From contig CANRGD010000002.1 of assembly GCA_947630105.1 (NCBI GenBank), positions 258 through 64,257 of the forward strand: a stretch of 64,000 nt of DNA, read 5' to 3'. The notes below the pieces were generated by a model. That model saw nothing but the letters and a program-made list of their open reading frames with translations, was not told the origin of the DNA and searched no databases. Both the position numbers and the translations under genes were made by a program. Shown one piece after another: positions 56,715 to 64,000 of this stretch (within the stretch, counting starts at the first letter, position 1; the number at the start of each line of letters is the position of its first letter). The DNA is from an uncultured Bacilli bacterium (GTDB lineage: Bacteria > Bacillota_I > Bacilli_A > RF39 > UBA660).

Positions 56715-57374
56715 TTACTTCCTAACTATAATATTTGAATAAATTGCATTAGCAATCTCAAAATCTTCTGGATAATCTATATCAACACATTCAATTCCTT
56801 TTACTTCGGTTATATGAATTTTGCCTCCAATTCTTCTATGCTTAGTTTCATATAATTTTTTTGAAAATGCATATATTGCTGTAGTTTCACTATAAAGAGG
56901 GTCTAAATCTTGAGTTCTGGGAACATTGGTAGGATCAAAATTTAAAGCATTACCATCATCTTTCCATAATAGTTTTTGAATTTTTTCACCTGTAAATGAG
57001 GAATCGAATTTACCACTTTTTACTGCCTTGCAACATTCACTAATATGTGTAACTGTTACAAATGGTGATGTACAATTGCACATAACATACACATCTGCAT
57101 CTTTTATTTTCATAAATTCTTGGATTAAATTATTAGCTGTTGCTTTATCGGTATCTAAAAATGAAGGCCTTTTCAAAAAATTAACTTTGGGAATTAAATA
57201 ATCTTTTATTGTTTCATCACTACAAAAAACGTATATTTCATCTATCTCTTCACATTTAACTAATGTTTTTAAAAAAGCTGTTATTAAGGGAGTCCCATCA
57301 CTAAATTTTTTTGTATTTTTACCTGGCGTTCTTTGATTATTTAATTTAATTGGAACAAATGCTATAGTTTTCAA
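56715..57374 (-). CDS. Acylneuraminate/ulosonate cytidylyltransferase family protein (CMP-sugar-acid synthetase)
   Basis: N-terminus IAFVPIKLNNQRTPGKN (the P-loop-like CTP-binding motif of the CTP_transf_3 family). 219 aa, TTG start behind AGGAGTGA. Confidence 0.75.
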   Translation of the reverse strand: MKTIAFVPIKLNNQRTPGKNTKKFSDGTPLITAFLKTLVKCEEIDEIYVFCSDETIKDYLIPKVNFLKRPSFLDTDKATANNLIQEFMKIKDADVYVMCNCTSPFVTVTHISECCKAVKSGKFDSSFTGEKIQKLLWKDDGNALNFDPTNVPRTQDLDPLYSETTAIYAFSKKLYETKHRRIGGKIHITEVKGIECVDIDYPEDFEIANAIYSNIIVRK

Positions 57375-57395
57375 TGTATCACTCCTTATATTAAA

Positions 57396-57425
57396 ATTAT
57401 ATCATCTATTTTTATAAAGAAACAA
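57396..57425 (-). promoter_or_regulatory. Internal promoter (TTGTTT-18-TATAAT) in the 124-bp gap within the locus
   Basis: Minus-strand TTGTTT (57425-57420) and TATAAT (57401-57396), upstream of the cytidylyltransferase RBS. Confidence 0.4.
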
Positions 57426-57498
57426 GTATTTTACTTATATTATAAAAGATAAGGTATTAATAAATTAATTTTTATAATTTAAAGTTATTTATAAATTT

Positions 57499-58926
57499 TT
57501 AATTTTTAATATAAATTTTATTTATTATTTCTTTTCTTTTTATAAAAATAATACTTACAATAATAACAATTATTAAATATCTCATTAAATAAAATTTATA
57601 TAGTGGTATTATAAGTAAAGATATTATTACAAATCCTAATGAAATAAGAAATATTTTTTTATCATCATAGTAACTAACACCAGGAGCATGTTTTTTTACA
57701 ATCTTTTTCATAAATATAAAATGTCCTACGGCATATAAAATATAACTTATTAAGGTTGTATATCCTGCTGCTAAATAACCAAATAATTTTATAAATATTA
57801 AATTTGTAACAATATTTACTATGGCTGCCATTAAAGATGCAATAGTTACGTATTTTGTTTCTGAGTAATAATATTCTATATTAGCAAACAAGTTAAATAA
57901 AAACATAAAATAAACGCTTCCTGTTATTGCAGGAATTATATAAATTGCCTCAAAATATTCTTTTGGTGCAAATATTTTAACTGCTTCAGGGGCAAATAAA
58001 ATCAGCAAAATATTTAAAATTGCTACTAAAATTATTAAAAAATTAGCATTTTGTTTTAATGATGATAATCCTTTATTATTTTTAATAGTTTTATATGTCA
58101 ATGGAGTTAATGATTTTAAAATAGCATCATTAACAATTATTAATAATGAAGATAAACTATAAGCTAAACTATATATTCCAGCTTGAGAAGCGCCACACAT
58201 ATCATTTATCATAATTCTATCAAATCTTGTTAAAACTTGAGTGGCTAAAAAATGGGGAATTAAGGGAATGCAATATATTAAAATAAATTTTATATATTTT
58301 TTATTAAATCTGTTTTTACTTTTTGAATAATTATAAATATAAACTATTAATCCAATAATAATATTAATTGTTGCTACTCCGTATATTCTTCCATAACCTT
58401 TATTAGGAATATATTTTATAGCAAGAAGTCCTAGTATAGGACCCATTATACCAATGATAATTGAAGCAAAAGTAACTAATTTATATTTAAAATTATATCT
58501 TTCTTTTGATGCCCACAAATTAAAAACAGCAAATGCTAACATATCAAAAAATAGTAGAATGACAATTGGCAAAGGAAATCCTATGATATTATTTTTTATT
58601 ATATTAATTATAAAATACAACACAAAACATAATAAAGTTAAGCCCGTAACTAATGATTGAGCAGTGGCGATAAATCCTTCTTTATCTTCATCATATTTTG
58701 CTAAGCCTGAATATGTTGCGTAATTAAATACATTTAGGGATGTAAAAATTATAAAAATATCATGCCATGATTGATATAAGGTATATTGAGCGTATTGACT
58801 AGTAGTAAGTATTCTAGTAAAAATGGGTGTAGCTAAAATTGTAACTCCCCTTTGAATAATATTAGCAATAAAAGCCCATAATGATGCCTTAGCTACTATT
58901 GATAATTTTTGATATTTTTTTAGCAT
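57499..58926 (-). CDS. Wzx-type oligosaccharide flippase (MOP superfamily)
   Basis: 475 aa with about 12-14 TM segments. Its N-terminal pattern and its location in a glycan locus are typical of polysaccharide biosynthesis (PST) proteins. Confidence 0.7.
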   Translation of the reverse strand: MLKKYQKLSIVAKASLWAFIANIIQRGVTILATPIFTRILTTSQYAQYTLYQSWHDIFIIFTSLNVFNYATYSGLAKYDEDKEGFIATAQSLVTGLTLLCFVLYFIINIIKNNIIGFPLPIVILLFFDMLAFAVFNLWASKERYNFKYKLVTFASIIIGIMGPILGLLAIKYIPNKGYGRIYGVATINIIIGLIVYIYNYSKSKNRFNKKYIKFILIYCIPLIPHFLATQVLTRFDRIMINDMCGASQAGIYSLAYSLSSLLIIVNDAILKSLTPLTYKTIKNNKGLSSLKQNANFLIILVAILNILLILFAPEAVKIFAPKEYFEAIYIIPAITGSVYFMFLFNLFANIEYYYSETKYVTIASLMAAIVNIVTNLIFIKLFGYLAAGYTTLISYILYAVGHFIFMKKIVKKHAPGVSYYDDKKIFLISLGFVIISLLIIPLYKFYLMRYLIIVIIVSIIFIKRKEIINKIYIKN

Positions 58927-58933
58927 TTTATCA

Positions 58934-60289
58934 CTACTTTCTTTTCGATTTTACTTTATCTTTATAAACTTCAAACTTTTCTCCTCTATAACCATCTAAT
59001 TTATAGTCTAAATCAAATTTATAATATATTTTTCTAGCTAATAATGAATTTTTAAATATTTTTCTTAATTTTTTAATTGGTAAATACCAACACCAAAGAT
59101 ATATATAAGAGCCAAAAGGAATTTTTATATTATTTTTTTTGGCTGTTTCTTTCATATCTCTAACATAAGAAATTTTTTGTTGGCCCATCATTTTACCTAT
59201 ATATTTTGTTTTATGTTTTAAAAAATTATTTATATCCATAACATCTTTTAAACTATCTAATTTTCCAAAAGCATAAAAATCAGTCATTGTTCTTAAACAT
59301 TTACTACATAAAGAACAATTTTTTAGATGTTTTCTTTCTTCTTTGCAAAAATACTTAACTCCACATATCATTAAATGTTTTTTCATTGGTAAATAATCAG
59401 CAATATATTCTTCCCGTTCAATTCTACTACATTCCATTCCTGATGAATAAAAACTTAAATTTTCTGTATTCATACAAAATAAAGTAAAAATATCGAATAC
59501 ACTACTATCATGGCCATCAGTTTTTGTTAAATCAAAATTAATTGATTCTATTGTTTCTCCAGCACTGGCATAATAAATATTAATTAATTTTTGTAGAGCA
59601 AAAGCTACTGAACCAAAAGTAGTTGTATAAAACATGTTAAATGCTTTATAAGGAAATTTATAAAATTCGAATAAATTATTATAACATCCTATGGTATCTA
59701 AATGACAATCAGTAGCTAATTTTTTAACTTCCTCATAAGTGTTTTTAAATGTGGAAGTCATCCTTTGTTCTACATTGTCAAGAGTTCCACTTGAACTATA
59801 AACTAAATGTGTCAATTTATGTTCTTTTGTTATACAATTTTGCCCATTTTTTAAAATAGTATAAAATGAATCTATTCCTCCACTACAACCAGTTGCTACT
59901 TTCTTTTCATTTTGTATTTCTTTATTATTATGAGGGCCTATTAATTTTATAGGATAAACTGGATAAGTAGCATTATATTTTGATAATATTGGTATATAAT
60001 AAGTTGTTAATTGATAATATAATCTTTCAGAAATAGGGGCTATAAATTCTATATTATTTCCTGTTTCTAAGGCACTTGACAACAGTCCCATAACGAATGC
60101 ATCACTACGAGTAACACATAAATATTCTTTATATTTTTCTTCAAATTCATAATAACATTTTTTTGTTTCGAGTTTATTATTATTTGGATTTTCCATTGTA
60201 ATATCAGCACATAATTTAACTGATTTCTCAAAAATATTTGATTTTCCTTCTTCTATATATGGTTTGGATATTTTTATTGTTTTTTGCAT
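58934..60289 (-). CDS. PP-loop (SGGxDS) ATP-pyrophosphatase-superfamily protein of unknown function, intact paralogue
   Basis: VATGCSGGIDSFYT (SGGIDS = 59867-59884) and a late Cys cluster NCSLCSKCLRT. 451 aa, roughly two-thirds identical by eye to the neighbouring gene. Confidence 0.6.
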   Translation of the reverse strand: MQKTIKISKPYIEEGKSNIFEKSVKLCADITMENPNNNKLETKKCYYEFEEKYKEYLCVTRSDAFVMGLLSSALETGNNIEFIAPISERLYYQLTTYYIPILSKYNATYPVYPIKLIGPHNNKEIQNEKKVATGCSGGIDSFYTILKNGQNCITKEHKLTHLVYSSSGTLDNVEQRMTSTFKNTYEEVKKLATDCHLDTIGCYNNLFEFYKFPYKAFNMFYTTTFGSVAFALQKLINIYYASAGETIESINFDLTKTDGHDSSVFDIFTLFCMNTENLSFYSSGMECSRIEREEYIADYLPMKKHLMICGVKYFCKEERKHLKNCSLCSKCLRTMTDFYAFGKLDSLKDVMDINNFLKHKTKYIGKMMGQQKISYVRDMKETAKKNNIKIPFGSYIYLWCWYLPIKKLRKIFKNSLLARKIYYKFDLDYKLDGYRGEKFEVYKDKVKSKRK

Positions 60290-60360
60290 TTTATACTCCT
60301 CTTTCTATTTTAAAATTTATTAAATTTTAATAGATAGGAGAATCTAGAAAAATAAGTGTA

Positions 60361-61715
60361 CTAACGTTTTAATTTATCTTTATACATTTCATATTTTGGT
60401 CCACGATAACCATCTAATTTATAATCTAAATTAAATTTATAATATATTCTTCTAGCTAATAATGAATTTTTAAATGTTTTTCGTAAACATTTAATTGGTT
60501 TATACCAAAAATATGCATAAATATAAGAGCCATGTGGTATTTTGACATGATTTTTTTTGGCAAAGGCTTTAACATCTTTTATATATGATGATTTGGATAA
60601 ACCAATCATTCTTCCTATCCATTTTGTTTTATGTTTTAAAAAATTATTTACATCAAAAGCTTTGCCAAACTTTGTAATATCTTCCCCCCCCCACATACAT
60701 ATAACTCTGTAAGGGTTCTTAAACATTTTTCACATATTGAGCAATTTAATACTGAATTTTTATTAATATCTTGAAATGAACTATAAGGACAGACACTTAA
60801 ATATTTTTGGACAAGTGGTTCTTTTATAATATATTCTATCTTATCTATTCTTCTACATTCCATTCCTGATGAATAAAAGCTTAGATTTTCTGTATTCATA
60901 CATGATAATGTAAATACATCAAAAACTTGGCTATCATGTCCATTAATTCTATCTAAATCAAGACTAAATTCTGAAATTGGGCCTCCAGAACTTATATAAT
61001 ATATTTTAATTAATTTTTGTAGAGCATAAGCGATAGATCCATTTGTTGTAGAATAAAACATATTAAAAGCTCTAAATGGAAATTTATAAAATTCATATAA
61101 ATTGTTATAACAAGCAATTGTTTTTAAATTAGCTTCTTTTGCCATCGCTTCAACTTCTTCTAATTTTTTTAAATATGTCTTTTTTATTCTTTCTTCATTG
61201 TTATCAGAAGTGCAGTTGGAATTAAAGACAATATGCGTTAATTTGTTAGTTGCAATATCACATATTTTTCCATGCTTTATAATTGTATAAAAAGAATCAA
61301 CTCCTCCAGAATATCCAGTTGCGACTGCTTTACTATTTTCTATTTTTGTATTATCAAGATCTCCTATTAATTTTATAGAATGCATAGGATAAGTTGGATT
61401 ATGTTTTGAAACCATAGGAATATAATAGGTTGTTAATTGATAATATAATTTTTCAGAAATTGGGGCTTTAAATTCTATATCATAACCAAGTTCCATGGCA
61501 CTAGATAAAATTCCCATAACAAAAGCATCACTACGAGTATCACATAAATATTTTTTATATTCCCTATTAAATTCAAAATAGCACTTCTTTTTTTCTAACT
61601 TTTGAGTATTTGGATTTTCCATTGTTATATGAGCACATAATTTAACAGAATTTTTAAATATATCGGATTTTTCCTCTTCAATAAATGGTTTGGATATAAT
61701 TATTTTCTTTTTCAT
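60361..61715 (-). pseudogene. PP-loop paralogue split by a frameshift in a poly-G tract (currently OFF; candidate phase-variable gene)
   Basis: ORFs 60648-61715 and 60361-60726 are the two halves of one homologue of 58934-60289. The frames switch inside G9 (60684-60692). G10 or G7 would give CGGGEDITKFGKAFDV... and a 451-aa product. Confidence 0.85.
60684..60692 (-). repeat. Homopolymeric G9 (C9 on the + strand) tract
   Basis: Counted directly: cttCCCCCCC CCacat. It is the only G/C run of 8 or more that I could find by eye in the window. Confidence 0.95.
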
Positions 61716-61730
61716 AACTTTAAACTCCTT

Positions 61731-62876
61731 TTACTTAATCTTATTTTCCTTTATTTCTTCTAATAAGTTATTAAACTCTGTTACAGTTTTAGGAAAATAT
61801 ACCCCTTTTTTACCTTTTATTGCTTCAAAATTTTCCCAAAATTGAGAATATTTTTCATTCATGCAAATTGAATTTGTTTTTATCATTTTAAATAACATAA
61901 TTCCTATAAAATTATTTCCAAAAAACATTTTATAATTTGGTATTGTATTACTATTAATTGCAATAAACACTTTATCAGAAAAATCATTTGTAAAAGTTAT
62001 TGCTTCCCATGGAATACCATCACTTCCTAATGTTTTTATTCCTTTTTTACTAAATCTATTATTCTCAATTCTAGGATGTAATTTAATTATAACATTTTCT
62101 TTTCCAACTTTTTTAATTACTTGGTCATACAGTTTTTCATCATCTATTGTAGGATCATTAGCAATCAATGCTTCTTCAAATATAATGTATTTTCGATCAT
62201 ATTTTTTAGCAATATCACCAACTTCAAAAATATCTGTTATGTAATTTATTATTTTTTTATTATTTTTTTTACGATCAATTTTATAAACTGGATATTTTGG
62301 TTTTTTTATTAATAAATTTGGTTCAAATAAATATAGCCCATCAATATTTTCTCTAATTACATTAGAATACCCATAAATTCTATTTCTATATTCAATTAAT
62401 TTTAAAAATCCTTTTTTGGGAATAATTTCTTCAATTGGAAAATATGAAACATAACCTTCATCAAATAAATATATTTTAATAGGTTTTTTTATAAAAGAAA
62501 AATAACTTCTAAAGCTTGCAGAAAAGGCATCATAATTCCAACAATACATTTCATCATATAATTCTATATTTCCTATAGTTTTCTTTAACATGTATTTTGG
62601 TCTTAAAATGTAATATAACTTTTTCAAATTAGTAAAATAATATTTAAAATCAATATTTTTTTGTTTGACTATTGGTAATAAAGTGTTTTTTATTTTAACA
62701 ATATATATATTATCAAATATATGTTTTTCTTTTATTCTTTGAGCTACTTTTTCATAATTATTAAAAGTATCAGTTATAATCAAGTCAACTTTATCTTTTT
62801 CTTTACAAAATTGTTCTTTAATATAAAGTGCAACAATTATTTGATAAGGTGTTTGAACCATTATAACTTTTTTCAT
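61731..62876 (-). CDS. Putative glycosyltransferase (N-terminus resembles GT52 sialyltransferase-like enzymes)
   Basis: MKKVIMVQTPYQIIVALYIKEQF resembles the xxIIxxTPLQxLIAxxI start of GT52 proteins. It is a soluble 381-aa protein inside a glycan locus. The call rests on recollection only. Confidence 0.35.
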   Translation of the reverse strand: MKKVIMVQTPYQIIVALYIKEQFCKEKDKVDLIITDTFNNYEKVAQRIKEKHIFDNIYIVKIKNTLLPIVKQKNIDFKYYFTNLKKLYYILRPKYMLKKTIGNIELYDEMYCWNYDAFSASFRSYFSFIKKPIKIYLFDEGYVSYFPIEEIIPKKGFLKLIEYRNRIYGYSNVIRENIDGLYLFEPNLLIKKPKYPVYKIDRKKNNKKIINYITDIFEVGDIAKKYDRKYIIFEEALIANDPTIDDEKLYDQVIKKVGKENVIIKLHPRIENNRFSKKGIKTLGSDGIPWEAITFTNDFSDKVFIAINSNTIPNYKMFFGNNFIGIMLFKMIKTNSICMNEKYSQFWENFEAIKGKKGVYFPKTVTEFNNLLEEIKENKIK

Positions 62877-62963
62877 TTAGTCACCAACTTTCCATTTATT
62901 AATTTTATCATAATTAAAAGTTTATTGATAAAAATAACAGTTTTGCATATTTTTTAATTTTCA

Positions 62964-64000
62964 TTACTTACTTTTTTCATTTATCTCTTTACTACTTCTG
63001 ATTTCTAAAAGCCCTGACATTAATAAGTAACAATATATTCCAAATATTTGATGAATATTACATACATAAGACTCTACTAAAGAAGAAATAAGTAAGATAA
63101 TAAAAATTCCAATTATAAGTATTTTTTGCCTTTTATCTTCTAGAGATAAGGCCTTTTTTATTATATAAATATATGAAAATAAAAAACCAAGCAAACCAAT
63201 AACTCCATTTTTTATTAACGTATTTATAAAACCCATTTCATAGGAACCATTATATCCATTTAACTTATTTTCTTTTAAAAATTTTCTTATATTCCAAATA
63301 TAAGAGTCATCTTTTTTAAATGCCATTTCGGAATAACCAAAATATAAATGAAATTTATCTTTTTTAACAAATTTTAAATAATTTTCTACTCCTCGTATAC
63401 GATAAGCATAGGTTTTACTTTTTAATATAAAGTTTTTATATGTAAAACTACCAAATATTATAAAAACAAATATTATAATAATAGAAAAAATAATTTTAAT
63501 ACCCGGTGAGAATTTTTTTGGGGGAATTTTTTTATAGATTTTTGGATTATTCAAAAATTCTAATAAAACAAATAATAAGAATAAGATGTATCCTCCTCTA
63601 GATACAGTAATTATTTCTAATATTCCAAGAAAAAATAATACTAATAAATCAATATTTTGCTTTTTTTCATGTCTATAATATAATAATAGTCCCATAAAAC
63701 TAGCCAGTATAGTAGTAGAAAGAAAATTTTTAAATTGCATACCGCCTGTAAATGCATATTTTATGGGAAAGGAAAAGGCAGTATCGTTAATTTTTTCTAA
63801 TACGCTTGTTCCTGTTATTAAGGCAATGGTAGTGGTTGCTAAAATTCCAAAGATTAACCCATAGGATGCAGCTCTTATATTTTTATAATTATTTAAGTAT
63901 TTACTCGATAAAATAATATAAACTGCTAAGGCAATCATAGTTAATATTAATCTTAATTTTGTAAATATATCTAAATTTTGGAATATCAATCCTATACAAA
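62964..64000 (-). CDS. Wzy/O-antigen-ligase-like polytopic membrane protein (5' end probably beyond the window)
   Basis: About 10 TM segments with a larger loop region (residues ~190-250 of the visible part). The frame is still open at nt 64000, and the TTG at 63989 is only the first in-window start. Confidence 0.5.
   Translation of the reverse strand, partial: CIGLIFQNLDIFTKLRLILTMIALAVYIILSSKYLNNYKNIRAASYGLIFGILATTTIALITGTSVLEKINDTAFSFPIKYAFTGGMQFKNFLSTTILASFMGLLLYYRHEKKQNIDLLVLFFLGILEIITVSRGGYILFLLFVLLEFLNNPKIYKKIPPKKFSPGIKIIFSIIIIFVFIIFGSFTYKNFILKSKTYAYRIRGVENYLKFVKKDKFHLYFGYSEMAFKKDDSYIWNIRKFLKENKLNGYNGSYEMGFINTLIKNGVIGLLGFLFSYIYIIKKALSLEDKRQKILIIGIFIILLISSLVESYVCNIHQIFGIYCYLLMSGLLEIRSSKEINEKSK

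Noticed and set aside
1-64000. Alternative genetic code (UGA = Trp, Mollicutes-like), suggested by the very low GC
   Set aside because: All long ORFs are intact under the standard code and Trp positions in conserved motifs are TGG. Sporulation genes also argue for a walled Bacillota organism.

Overview
The window is a 64-kb chromosomal segment from a very AT-rich (about 25% GC by eye, not computed), endospore-forming Bacillota genome that uses the standard code. spoIIM, spoIIGA-sigE and spoIVB are all present. I found no rRNA, CRISPR array, transposase or prophage. All calls rest on reading the ORF translations and the DNA by eye, with no searches run, so family names are motif-level recognitions.

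Positions 1-44 kb are mostly housekeeping:
- a pilin-like gene and a phosphohexomutase;
- a HelD-like helicase, a rhomboid protease and an acyl-CoA ligase;
- zupT, queH, murC and a lone tRNA-Glu(CUC);
- a LemA/DUF2207 pair and a TetR regulator with two ABC exporter genes;
- deoB, xerD and a T-box(Ala)-controlled operon ending in alaS-holA;
- a class B sortase beside a beta-helix surface protein;
- xseAB, nusB and mutS.

Positions 44-64 kb are accessory cell-envelope DNA, and three things stand out there:
1. A Dlt-like carrier-protein/MBOAT surface-acylation module (44985-50372). Its loading enzyme is an FkbH-type HAD-IIIC protein rather than an adenylating ligase, it has its own AcpS and a VOC-fold enzyme, and it sits between a LemA gene and a TPM gene that are usually adjacent.
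2. A Wzx/Wzy/LCP glycopolymer locus (52348-64000). It carries a non-canonical four-gene route to a CMP-activated 3-deoxy-ulosonic acid: an RpiB-type isomerase, a DRE-TIM pyruvate aldolase, a KdsC-like phosphatase and a cytidylyltransferase.
3. Two tandem PP-loop paralogues inside that locus. One is split by a frameshift within a 9-nt poly-G/C tract, which makes it a candidate phase-variation switch.
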